The notes under the pieces: generated by a model
What the model saw: the letters and a program-made list of their open reading frames with translations, nothing else
What the model was told of the DNA's origin: nothing
Databases searched by the model: none
Shown here: piece after piece, positions 1 through 8,431 of the stretch
Layout: each line of letters begins with the position of its first letter
How positions within the stretch are numbered: position 1 is the stretch's first letter
Source: Alphaproteobacteria bacterium
GTDB lineage: Bacteria; Pseudomonadota; Alphaproteobacteria; UBA8366; G965603855
Direction of reading: 5' to 3'
Assembly: GCA_965603855.1 (NCBI GenBank)
Contig: OZ272519.1
Location: 3,957,833 to 4,021,832 of the forward strand
Length of the DNA stretch: 64,000 nt
Program-made: the position numbers and the translations under genes

Positions 1-527
1 GCCAGTTCTTTGGCCAGCGACTTGGTCAGCGCGATCACGCCCGCCTTCGCGGCACTGTAGGCGGCGGCGTTGGGGTTGCCTTCCTTGCCGGCGATCGAGG
101 CGGTGTTGACGATGCGGCCGTATCCCGCCTCGATCATCAGCGGCACGACGGCGCGGCAGCACAGGAAGACCCCGTTCAGGTCGAGATCGATCACCTCGCA
201 CCAAGCCTCTGGCGAGTAGTCCCAAAGCTTCAGCGACGGTCCGGCGATGCCTGCGTTCGCGCACAAGATGTCGATCCTGCCGGCGCCGGACCGAGACGCG
301 GCAACCGCCGCGTCCACCGCCGCCGCATCCGTCACGTCGACGGCGACGGCCGTCACGGCGCCTTGGCCTTCCAGTGCAGCGGCCGTCTCCGACAGCAAGG
401 CGTCATCCTTGTCCCACAGCGCAACCGATGCGCCGGACGCCAGCAGCCGTTCGGCGATCGCGCGCCCGATTCCCTGTGCGGCACCGGTAACCACCGCATG
501 CCGGCCGTTGAGGTCGATCTGGTTCAT
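1..527 (-). CDS. SDR-family NAD(P)-dependent oxidoreductase (partial; C-terminal part lies outside the window)
   Basis: Own translation of the minus strand from the ATG at complement 525-527 gives MNQIDLNGRHAVVTGAAQGIGRAIAERLLASGASVA (TGxxxGxG dinucleotide motif). Further on it gives VNTASIAGKEGNPNAAAYSAAKAGVIALTKSLAKEL (YxxxK catalytic motif). The frame stays open to position 1. It is not in the ORF track because no stop lies in the window. Confidence 0.85.
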   Translation of the reverse strand, partial: MNQIDLNGRHAVVTGAAQGIGRAIAERLLASGASVALWDKDDALLSETAAALEGQGAVTAVAVDVTDAAAVDAAVAASRSGAGRIDILCANAGIAGPSLKLWDYSPEAWCEVIDLDLNGVFLCCRAVVPLMIEAGYGRIVNTASIAGKEGNPNAAAYSAAKAGVIALTKSLAKEL

Positions 528-563
528 GTCCCCCCGCCAATCGAACGAGACGTTGCGCCCCTA

Positions 564-1871
564 CTATAGGGACGCCCCGTCGCCCGCGCCATCGGGCCGC
601 GCGCCCCAGGCCAACGCAACCGCCGCCGTCCAGGTGAACGCGTCGCCGCCTGCACCGCTGCCGTCAAGCGGATCATAGTACTCGTAGAGCCCCGATCGTC
701 CCGCGAGGTCGAGCGTGTCGTCGCGCAGGCGCCTTTCCAGATCGGTGAAGCCGTACGCCGCAAGCCCACGCGCAATCAGCCAATTGACGATGGCCCAGAC
801 CGGCCCGCGCCAGTACCGCTTGGCCTCGAAGGTCTTTTCGTCCGGATGGGTGGAGGGCACCAGCCATTTGCAGCGGTCGCCCCACGCCCGCAGCCTGTCG
901 GCCATCAGGCCCGCCCGTTCCGCATCGGGAACGCGGCCGAACAGCGGCAGGAACGACGCGGAGGTCGCAACGTCGATCGGGCGATCGGATACCAGATCGT
1001 GGCTGAGATAGTAGGACCGATCGGGCGACCAGAGCCGGTCGAAGGCCGAATCGCTCAATGCGATACGCGCCGCGATCTCCGCCTGCTCCGCGGCGGTCCC
1101 GAAACGTTCAGCCAGCACGAGAAGGTCGCGGTTGCCGCCCTGCAGGATGGCATTGAGACCCACGTCCAGCACCTTGAAGGGGCTTTTCTCCGCCATCGCG
1201 TCCGCGTCGTACCGCAGCCCACGAAACAGCTCCACCAGGAACAGATAGCGGTCGTACTCGTAATTGTGCGGCCGGTGCTCCGCATCGATCAGCGCGGTGT
1301 CGCGTCGCTGGTATTGCGTCTTCGTCGGCTCCACGCGCGCCAACGCCTCGTCCCAGGCCGGGCTGTTGTCACGACCGGTCTCCCACGGGTGATAGATCGT
1401 GACCAGCCCCGTGCCGTTCCGGTCGCGCGCCCGCCACCACCAGCGGTGCCAGGCCAGGATGCGGGGATAAAGCGCAGCGGCCCGCGTTGCTGCCAGGTCC
1501 GCATCGCCGGCGGTGCGGAGCATATGTAGCGCCACGGTGGCCAGCACCGGCGGCTGGGTAATGCCCGTTGTCGGCGGCTCGTGATCGGTGCCCCAGACGT
1601 CGGGCCCGGGGAAATAGCTGTCCTGGCGCTGATGGAACACGATATGCGGGACCATGCCGTCGTCCCACTGTCCCTCGAACAGCCGGTCCAGCTCCTGCCA
1701 GGCGCGGGGCTCGTCGAACAGCGCAAAACCCAGCGCGGCAAAACCGGAATCCCAGTTCCATTGAAACGGGTAGAGACCCTTGGTCGGGATCGTGTAGCCG
1801 CCCTGGTCGTTTGTCTTGAGAACCGAGACCGCCTCGGCCCGCACATCCTCGGTGATGGAGCCCGCGCTCAT
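564..1871 (-). CDS. GH63-like (alpha/alpha)6-barrel glycoside hydrolase, glucosylglycerate/mannosylglycerate-hydrolase-like
   Basis: 435-aa ORF in the track. Blocks FQWNWDSGF, HPWETGRDNSPAWD, YWRGPVWAIVNWL and EYYDPLDG resemble the MGH1/GH63-trehalase clan as I remember it. Substrate is not determinable from sequence. Confidence 0.7.
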   Translation of the reverse strand: MSAGSITEDVRAEAVSVLKTNDQGGYTIPTKGLYPFQWNWDSGFAALGFALFDEPRAWQELDRLFEGQWDDGMVPHIVFHQRQDSYFPGPDVWGTDHEPPTTGITQPPVLATVALHMLRTAGDADLAATRAAALYPRILAWHRWWWRARDRNGTGLVTIYHPWETGRDNSPAWDEALARVEPTKTQYQRRDTALIDAEHRPHNYEYDRYLFLVELFRGLRYDADAMAEKSPFKVLDVGLNAILQGGNRDLLVLAERFGTAAEQAEIAARIALSDSAFDRLWSPDRSYYLSHDLVSDRPIDVATSASFLPLFGRVPDAERAGLMADRLRAWGDRCKWLVPSTHPDEKTFEAKRYWRGPVWAIVNWLIARGLAAYGFTDLERRLRDDTLDLAGRSGLYEYYDPLDGSGAGGDAFTWTAAVALAWGARPDGAGDGASL

Positions 1872-1986
1872 TGGACGAACGTCCCGAACTGCTTTCGGGC
1901 CAGAGTCATTTGCCGATTCCCCCTTCTTCGCTGTTCGCGGACGTTGTTGCCGCGAAACCTGTTCACGGTGTGTACGATCTCACAAT

Positions 1987-2002
1987 TCAAAATCGATTTG
2001 GA
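1987..2002. promoter_or_regulatory. Candidate LacI-family operator (imperfect copy), TCAAAATCGATTTGGA
   Basis: 10-bp perfect palindrome AAATCGATTT (1990-1999) centred on CG, with matching outer positions. It lies about 115 bp upstream of the GH63-like start in the divergent intergenic region. It shares 15 of 16 positions with the site at 2196-2211. Confidence 0.4.
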
Positions 2003-2194
2003 GAGAATTTCGTTTCAAGGGCTGCATAGCCTGCGCAAGATGGTACACCGGTACGGACAGCCGGCCGTCAGTGTGTCCCGCTCAACTTATTCAGACTTAA
2101 TGCCAATCTCGTGCGCACAGGCGCTTGGGTGCGTGAGCCGATTCAGCAACAAATTGATTGCGCAAAGCGTGCGGCCGCGATTTAATGAGGCGTG

Positions 2195-2212
2195 ATCCAA
2201 ATCGATTTGGAT
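2195..2212. promoter_or_regulatory. Candidate LacI-family operator, 18-bp perfect palindrome ATCCAAATCGATTTGGAT
   Basis: Read directly from the sequence; it is its own reverse complement and is centred on CG, as in many LacI/GalR operators. It lies about 60 bp upstream of the LacI-family regulator ATG at 2273. Confidence 0.45.
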
Positions 2213-2272
2213 TTCCGACCGGCTCCGTCACCACAACCAAAAGCGCCGGTTCGCAGGGGGACGCCAGGGGCG

Positions 2273-3298
2273 ATGAAGCTCAAAGACCTCGCCAGGCATC
2301 TGGATTTGTCGCAGACGACGGTCTCGCGTGCGCTTGCAGGTTATGACGACGTCAGCGAGAGCACACGCGAACGGGTGGTCGCCGCGGCGCGCGAGCTTGG
2401 CTATGTCCCCAGTCTCAACGCGCGGCGATTGAAATCAGGCCGGGCCGAAGCAATCGGTCTCGTCATGCCGATCGACAGCGACGGTCGCGCCTATCCGTTC
2501 TTTCTGGAGATGATCGCCGGAATCGGCGAGCGGCTGGCGGCCGAGCGCCTGGACCTGACGTTGGTCACCGCACGCGAAGGCGCCGAGGAACTGGAGGCGT
2601 ACAAGCGCCTTGCCGCGGGCCGGCGCGTCGACGGCGTCATCGTCGCCCGGACACGGCGCCAGGACGCGCGGATCGCTTATCTCCTGGACCGCAGCTTCCC
2701 ATTCGTCGCGCACGGCCGCACGCAAGAGAAGCGGCCCTATCCGTTCCTGGACATGGACGGCACCTATGGCATCAAGATCGCCTGCAAGCGCCTGATCGGT
2801 CTCGGCCACCGGCGCATCGGATATCTGGGGGTGGCCGACGACTATTCTTTCGCTGCCTATCGCGAGCGGGGCTATCGCGAGGCCCTGTCCGAGGCGAGCA
2901 TCGGTTTCGACGAACAGCTCATGCTGCGGACGTCGGTCGGGCCCGGCCTCGACGAGGCGGCGGTCCTCGATCTGCTTCGCACCGAAGATTCGCCGACGGC
3001 GGTGATCTGCGCCAGTGACGGAATCGCGCACAGTCTTGTCAGGATCCTGCACGAACACGGGCTGCGTCCCGGCGCCGACATCTCGATCATCGGCTACGAC
3101 GACACGCCTGCCGGCCGACCGTCCGACCCGGAACTGACAACGGTGACGCATCCGATCCACGACGCCGGCAAGGCGCTGGTCGATATTCTGCTGGCTCGCA
3201 TCGCGGGTGCGGATCCGGCCGGGCTGTGCAAGATCTGGAAACCCAAGCTGCTGCTTGGCCAGTCGGACGCGCCACCGCCGACCAGCATGGTGGCGTGA
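2273..3298 (+). CDS. LacI-family transcriptional regulator
   Basis: Track ORF 2192-3298. The internal ATG at 2273 gives MKLKDLARHLDLSQTTVSRALAGYDDVSESTRERVVAAARELGYVPS (HTH_LacI), followed by a periplasmic-binding-protein-like sugar-binding core (IIGYDD). Confidence 0.9.
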   Translation: MKLKDLARHLDLSQTTVSRALAGYDDVSESTRERVVAAARELGYVPSLNARRLKSGRAEAIGLVMPIDSDGRAYPFFLEMIAGIGERLAAERLDLTLVTAREGAEELEAYKRLAAGRRVDGVIVARTRRQDARIAYLLDRSFPFVAHGRTQEKRPYPFLDMDGTYGIKIACKRLIGLGHRRIGYLGVADDYSFAAYRERGYREALSEASIGFDEQLMLRTSVGPGLDEAAVLDLLRTEDSPTAVICASDGIAHSLVRILHEHGLRPGADISIIGYDDTPAGRPSDPELTTVTHPIHDAGKALVDILLARIAGADPAGLCKIWKPKLLLGQSDAPPPTSMVA

Positions 3299-3432
3299 AG
3301 AAGCCTAACGGGTGATAAGGAGTGGCGAGCAATTAAAGACCAGACTGACAAGGACGGGACGGGATCGCGGCACCCCAATTGCCGTACCGCAGAACGCAAC
3401 TCAAGACTGAACCAATACAGGGAGGACAGAGT

Positions 3433-4791
3433 ATGAAACGGGTTTACGGAAACTGGCTTCTGGCTTCGGCGGCAGGCGCCGCGATGGCGGCGGCCGTCGC
3501 ATTGCCGGCCTCGGCACAGGAGCTTCAATTCTGGACGACGGAGAACCAGCCTGCCCGTATGGCCAAGCAGGAGGAAATGGCGGCGGAGTTCGAGGCAAAG
3601 ACGGGGATCAAGGTCAACGTCATTCCGGTCGAAGAAAGCGATCTGAACACGCGCGTAACGGCTGCCTTTGCGGCGAACGACTTGCCGGACGTCATCTATT
3701 ATACCCAGCAGTATGTCGGCCCCTGGAGCGAGGCGGGAGTCCTTGACACCGAGGCGACGACCGAGCTGATCGACGACCTGGGCAAAGACACGTTTGCGCC
3801 CGGCGCGTTGGAAATGGCGCAATACGAGGGCGACTTCGCTGGCGTTCCGGTGGACGGATGGACCCAGTTGATCGTCTACCGCAAGGACCTCTTCGACGAG
3901 AAGGGTCTGGCCGCGCCCACGTCCTACGAGAACATCATCAAGGCGGTCGATGCGTTGCACAACCCGCCCGAGATGTACGGCTTCGTCGCCGCGACGAAAG
4001 TCGACGAGAACTTCATGAGCCAGGTGCTGGAGCATGTGTTCCTGGCGAACGGCGTTTCGCCCGTGGACTCCAACGGCTTCAAGCCGCTGGACGAGAAGGC
4101 GACGATCGAGGTTCTGGAATTCTACAAGGCGCTTGCGGATGCCAGCCCGGAAGGCGAGCTGTTCTGGCAGCAGTCGCGCGAACTGTACTTCGCCGGCAAG
4201 ACCGCAATGGTGATCTGGTCGCCGTTCATCCTGGACGAACTGGCCGGATTGCGCGATGCGGTGCCGGTCACGATCACCGACGACCCGACGGCACGCGACC
4301 TCGCGATGAAGACGGACGTCGTGACGACCTTTGCGGGACCCAGCAACCCCGACGGCGCGGCATGGGCGGACATCCGCTATTTCGGCATCACGAATGACGC
4401 CGACACCGACCCGGCCATCGAGTTCGTCAAATTCTCGGTGGACGAAGGCTATATGAAGACGCTGTCGATCGCACCGGAGGGCAAGTTCCCGGTCAGGCGC
4501 GGCACGTCGGACGAGCCGACCAAGTTCCTCGACGGCTGGGCCAAGCTGCCCGTCGGCGTGGACCGCAAGGCGCCACTGTCGGAGCTCTATCCCCAGGAGA
4601 CGGTCAACGAGATTGCCGCCGGCCTGGAAACCGCCAACCGCTGGGGTGTGAAGGAAGGACAGCTTTCGCTGGCTTCCAAGATCATCAACTCCCAGGTCCT
4701 GAACCGTCGGGTGCGTGAATATATCGACGGCGAGCGTTCGGCCGAAGACACGGTCAAGCTGTTGAACGAAGAACTGGCGAAGATCCAGTAG
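3433..4791 (+). CDS. ABC transporter extracellular solute-binding protein (family 1, sugar type)
   Basis: Track ORF 3379-4791. The ATG at 3433 is preceded by GGAGGA. Signal peptide MKRVYGNWLLASAAGAAMAAAVALPASAQE. Size and composition are typical of sugar-binding proteins. Confidence 0.88.
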   Translation: MKRVYGNWLLASAAGAAMAAAVALPASAQELQFWTTENQPARMAKQEEMAAEFEAKTGIKVNVIPVEESDLNTRVTAAFAANDLPDVIYYTQQYVGPWSEAGVLDTEATTELIDDLGKDTFAPGALEMAQYEGDFAGVPVDGWTQLIVYRKDLFDEKGLAAPTSYENIIKAVDALHNPPEMYGFVAATKVDENFMSQVLEHVFLANGVSPVDSNGFKPLDEKATIEVLEFYKALADASPEGELFWQQSRELYFAGKTAMVIWSPFILDELAGLRDAVPVTITDDPTARDLAMKTDVVTTFAGPSNPDGAAWADIRYFGITNDADTDPAIEFVKFSVDEGYMKTLSIAPEGKFPVRRGTSDEPTKFLDGWAKLPVGVDRKAPLSELYPQETVNEIAAGLETANRWGVKEGQLSLASKIINSQVLNRRVREYIDGERSAEDTVKLLNEELAKIQ

Positions 4792-4800
4792 CGCCGTTTA

Positions 4801-4841
4801 CCGGCGGGCGTCCCACCGGGGCCGCCCGCCGGAGACTTTTT
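4801..4841 (+). terminator. Intra-operon hairpin / partial terminator after the binding-protein gene
   Basis: CCGGCGGGCG (4801-4810) pairs perfectly with CGCCCGCCGG (4823-4832). The loop is 12 nt and a TTTTT run follows at 4837-4841. It sits between the binding-protein stop and the permease start. Confidence 0.5.
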
Positions 4842-4880
4842 GGTTCAGCGCGGTTGAATTGTCGTGGACGGGGGATTGTC

Positions 4881-6182
4881 ATGGCAACGATTGCACAAGA
4901 GGCAACCGGGGGCCGCTCGAAACGCAAAGTAGGCACCTTGGCCAAGGAGGAGGCCCGGCTTGCCTCCATCATGTTGGGGCCGACCTTTCTGATTGTCGCG
5001 GCCGTCGTTCTGTTTCCTGCACTCGCCAGCATCTGGATCAGCTTCAAGCCCGTCGAACTGGCGGACCTCAGAGCGCCGACACCGATCGCAAACGAACGTG
5101 TCCGGGGCGAGGCCGCCGCACCGGGCGATGCGATTACCATCCAGTACCGGCTGCGCAACAGTTCCGAAAAACGCCCCATCCGTGGCGTCGTACTGACCGA
5201 CACGCTGCCCCAGGGCCTTTCCCTGCTTGAAGGCGACGAGCGGTGCGCCATCGACGGGCAGACGCTGACATGTCGGCTGGGCGACTGGGAACCCCGCCAT
5301 CGCGACCGGCTGAGCCTGCAGTTCGAAGTCGACGACACGTTCCTTGCGAGCGGCGTCGCGCCGCGGGACAGCAAACCCGTGATGACAGGCACGTCGGAGA
5401 ACGTGCTGACCAGTCTGGAGTTCGACCTGGACAACTTCCGCCGGGTGTTCGAACAGCGCGAGTTCTGGACGATCATCAAGGTCACGATCTATTACACGAT
5501 CTTCGGGACCCTGGGCGCGCTGATCCTGGGCCTGTTCGCCGCGCAACTCCTGAACACCCCGTTTCGCGGTCGCGCGTTCCTGCGCGGGCTGTTTCTGTTT
5601 CCTTATGTCTCGCCGGTGATCGCCGTCGCATTCACCTGGGCGTTCCTGCTGGACCCGTTCAGCGGCACGATCAACGCGCTGCTGGTGCAATTCGGGGCGG
5701 CCGAGCAACCGATCAACTTCCTGGGAACGCGCACCGTCGATTTCGAACTGTTCGGCATGACGTTCGGGTTTCCCTTGGCCTTGGCCATGGTGATTGCGTT
5801 CGAAGCGTGGCGGTACTTCCCGTTATCTTTCCTGTTCATCCTGGCCCGCATGCAGTCGCTGCCCAGCGACCTCTACGAGGCGGCGCAGATCGACGGCGCG
5901 ACGCCGTTGCAGATGTTCCGCTACATTACCTTGCCGCAGCTGATCAGCATCCTGTCGATCCTGTTCCTGCTGCGCTTCATCTGGACCTTCAACAAGTTCG
6001 ACGACATCTTCCTGTTGACCGGCGGCGCGGCCGGCACCCGAACCCTGACGGTCGACGTCTACGAACAAGGCTTCGCGCTGGCCAACCTGGGCGCCGGCGC
6101 GGCCGTGTCGGTGGTGATCTTCGTGATGCTGGCCATCTTCATGGTCATCTATTTCAAATTCGGGCCGGAAGGAGAGATGTGA
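4881..6182 (+). CDS. ABC sugar transporter permease (MalF-like) with a large periplasmic loop insertion
   Basis: Track ORF 4854-6182 with ATG at 4881 (MATIAQE). One N-terminal TM helix is followed by a ~140-aa hydrophilic loop and then a typical binding-protein-dependent permease core. The core contains the EAA-type loop (LYEAAQIDGATPLQMFRYITLP). Confidence 0.85.
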   Translation: MATIAQEATGGRSKRKVGTLAKEEARLASIMLGPTFLIVAAVVLFPALASIWISFKPVELADLRAPTPIANERVRGEAAAPGDAITIQYRLRNSSEKRPIRGVVLTDTLPQGLSLLEGDERCAIDGQTLTCRLGDWEPRHRDRLSLQFEVDDTFLASGVAPRDSKPVMTGTSENVLTSLEFDLDNFRRVFEQREFWTIIKVTIYYTIFGTLGALILGLFAAQLLNTPFRGRAFLRGLFLFPYVSPVIAVAFTWAFLLDPFSGTINALLVQFGAAEQPINFLGTRTVDFELFGMTFGFPLALAMVIAFEAWRYFPLSFLFILARMQSLPSDLYEAAQIDGATPLQMFRYITLPQLISILSILFLLRFIWTFNKFDDIFLLTGGAAGTRTLTVDVYEQGFALANLGAGAAVSVVIFVMLAIFMVIYFKFGPEGEM

Positions 6183-7414
6183 TGGAGCGACATCTCGGAT
6201 TAATCCTGTCCGTTGCCCTCGGCGCGATTTGGGCCTCCTTGGGCGCCGCCATCTGGGGCGTCGCCGCGACGCTGTTTGGCGGGGTCGCCACAACAATACC
6301 GGTGGGCCCGGCCTTCATCGCCGGCGCGGCGGCCGGCCTTGTCTATGCCCTGTGGGCGCACCGGCGCACCCGTCCGTGGGAGTGGTTCTTCTCGCCCGCG
6401 CTGGTCGGATTCATCGCGTTTCTGGCCCTTACGATGGGTACGCCTTTCGGCGTCGACCCCGCGGCGCATCCGCTGCTGGGACCGGGCGGCGCGCTTGCGT
6501 TGTTCCTGATCGTCGCGTGGGCGATCCGCGCGTGCCTGTTCGATCAAACACTGGACGTGATGGGCCGCTATATGACCGAGGTCGTCTTCCTGCGGGCCTG
6601 TCGCGGCCTGGGGATGACCTTCTTCGTCGTGCTGGTGATATTGCCCTTCTATGCGATGGTCGTCAGCAGCCTGAAGCCGCAGGCATCGCTGATCGCAAAT
6701 CCCACGGATTTCAGCGTCGACCTGACGCAGGGGTTCGACCGCCTGTTCAGCGGCTACATAGAGGCGCTGGTCGAGTTCAAGTTCGGTCGCTACATCCTGG
6801 TGTCCACTTTCGTGTCGATCTCGACCGTCATCCTGACGCTGGCTTTCGCGATCCCGGGCGCCTATGCCGTCTCCCGGCTGCGCTTCCCCGGGCGCGCGAT
6901 CCTGTCGCGCTCGATCCTGCTGATCTACATGTTCCCGGCCATCGTGCTGGTGATCCCGCTTTACAGTGTGTTCAGCCAGCTTGCCCTTCGCGACACGTTG
7001 CTGGGTCTGTTGATCGTCTATCCGGCGACGACAATTCCCGTGGCGCTTTACATGCTGCAGGGATATTTCCGCGGCATCCCGCCTGAACTGGAGGAGGCGG
7101 GCATCATCGACGGCTGCACCAGGGCGGGCGTGATCTGGCGCATCACACTGCCGCTCAGCCTGCCGGCCCTGGCGTCGGTTGCGCTTTACGTCTTCATGAT
7201 CGCCTGGAACGAATTCCTGTTCGCCTTCATGTTCCTGGATGATCCCGACATCTTCACGCTGTCCCGCGGACTGGTGTCGATGAACAGCTCCGAAGTACCG
7301 CGCCAGTTCCTGATGGCGGGATCGGTCATCGTCACCGTGCCGATCCTGGTGATCTTCCTGTGGTGCGAACGCTATCTCGTCGGCGGTCTGACCGCCGGCA
7401 GCGTCAAAGGTTAG
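6182..7414 (+). CDS. ABC sugar transporter permease (MalG-like) with ~125-aa N-terminal membrane extension
   Basis: In-frame part of track ORF 5243-7414. The ATG at 6182 overlaps the upstream stop (ATGTGATGG). The C-terminal part has the permease core with LEEAGIIDGCTRAGVIWRITLP. The N-terminal 125 aa are hydrophobic helices. Confidence 0.8.
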   Translation: MERHLGLILSVALGAIWASLGAAIWGVAATLFGGVATTIPVGPAFIAGAAAGLVYALWAHRRTRPWEWFFSPALVGFIAFLALTMGTPFGVDPAAHPLLGPGGALALFLIVAWAIRACLFDQTLDVMGRYMTEVVFLRACRGLGMTFFVVLVILPFYAMVVSSLKPQASLIANPTDFSVDLTQGFDRLFSGYIEALVEFKFGRYILVSTFVSISTVILTLAFAIPGAYAVSRLRFPGRAILSRSILLIYMFPAIVLVIPLYSVFSQLALRDTLLGLLIVYPATTIPVALYMLQGYFRGIPPELEEAGIIDGCTRAGVIWRITLPLSLPALASVALYVFMIAWNEFLFAFMFLDDPDIFTLSRGLVSMNSSEVPRQFLMAGSVIVTVPILVIFLWCERYLVGGLTAGSVKG

Positions 7415-7429
7415 CCGGGCCGACCTCCC

Positions 7430-8329
7430 TCACCCGACGAACCGAACGTCGGGTGGTCCGGACACTCCCGCGTCGAGGGCGAATATGTCGCCCTCGCGCG
7501 GGTTATTTGCGATATCGGCGGCACTCAGCCCTTCGCGCGCGGAAGTGATGAACAGGGTGCGCCGCCCGGGCCCGCCGAAGGTACAGCTTGTCGGGTTGGT
7601 CGCCGGCACCTCGACGATCCTGTCCACCGTTCCGTCCGGCGTATAGCGGATCACGCAGCCGCCGCCAAAGCGGGCATTCCAAAGGCACCCCTCGTCGTCG
7701 ATGGCGGAGCCGTCCGGAAAGCCATAGCCGTCGGTCTGCGCGAAGACCCGCCGGTTGGCGATGGTGCCGGCCTCGAGATCGAAGTCGTAGGCGTAGATCG
7801 TGTGTTCCAGGGTATCGGCGAAATACATGATGCGGTTGTCGGCGCTCCAGGCAAGCGTGTTGGACAGCCGGATCGTCGCCCCCGTCATGTCCGTGGCGGT
7901 CCCGTCGGCATCGATCCGCCACAGCGCGCCGGACCGTTCGGTCATTGGCCGCGGGCTGCCGTCGGGATTGAGATTGGTCTCCATCGACCCAACCCAGAAA
8001 CGTCCCAGGCGGTCGCACTTGCCGTCGTTGAACCGGTTGTTCGGCCTGTCCGCTTCGGGACGGCAAAGCTCCGTGAGCGCGCCGCTGTCGAAATCGAGCA
8101 GGCAAATGCTGGTCGCCAATGCGACGATCGCGCCGCCGCCGTCGCGCAGCGCCATCGCGGTGGTGAAGTCGGGCATATCCCAGGTTCTGAAGGCGCCGGT
8201 TGCCGGTTCCAGCCGATGCACCTTCTTGTCGATGATCCCGACCCAGTACAGGGCCTGCTCGTCCTCGGCCCAGTTGGGCCCCTCGCCCAGCATGTTGCCC
8301 GCCTCGAAGACCAGCTCCGCCTTGACCAT
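7430..8329 (-). CDS. SMP-30/gluconolactonase/LRE-family protein
   Basis: 299-aa ORF. N-terminus LGEGPNWAEDEQALYWVGIIDKKVHRL and the blocks RFNDGKCD and PDGSAIDDEG are typical of the six-bladed propeller lactonases. Confidence 0.85.
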   Translation of the reverse strand: MVKAELVFEAGNMLGEGPNWAEDEQALYWVGIIDKKVHRLEPATGAFRTWDMPDFTTAMALRDGGGAIVALATSICLLDFDSGALTELCRPEADRPNNRFNDGKCDRLGRFWVGSMETNLNPDGSPRPMTERSGALWRIDADGTATDMTGATIRLSNTLAWSADNRIMYFADTLEHTIYAYDFDLEAGTIANRRVFAQTDGYGFPDGSAIDDEGCLWNARFGGGCVIRYTPDGTVDRIVEVPATNPTSCTFGGPGRRTLFITSAREGLSAADIANNPREGDIFALDAGVSGPPDVRFVG

Positions 8330-8431
8330 CGCCTTGCCCCCACAGTGTCGCAGCCGGCAAGCCTAGCCCGAAACCGGGGCACGCGCACCCGATAGCGCGC
8401 AGCGGGGCGCCCTTCCGCCGACGCGACGGGA

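Noticed and set aside
5243-6181. N-terminal 313 codons of the 723-aa track ORF 5243-7414
   Set aside because: This part overlaps the first permease gene in another frame and translates to Arg/Pro-rich noise. The credible gene starts at the ATG at 6182, which overlaps the upstream stop.
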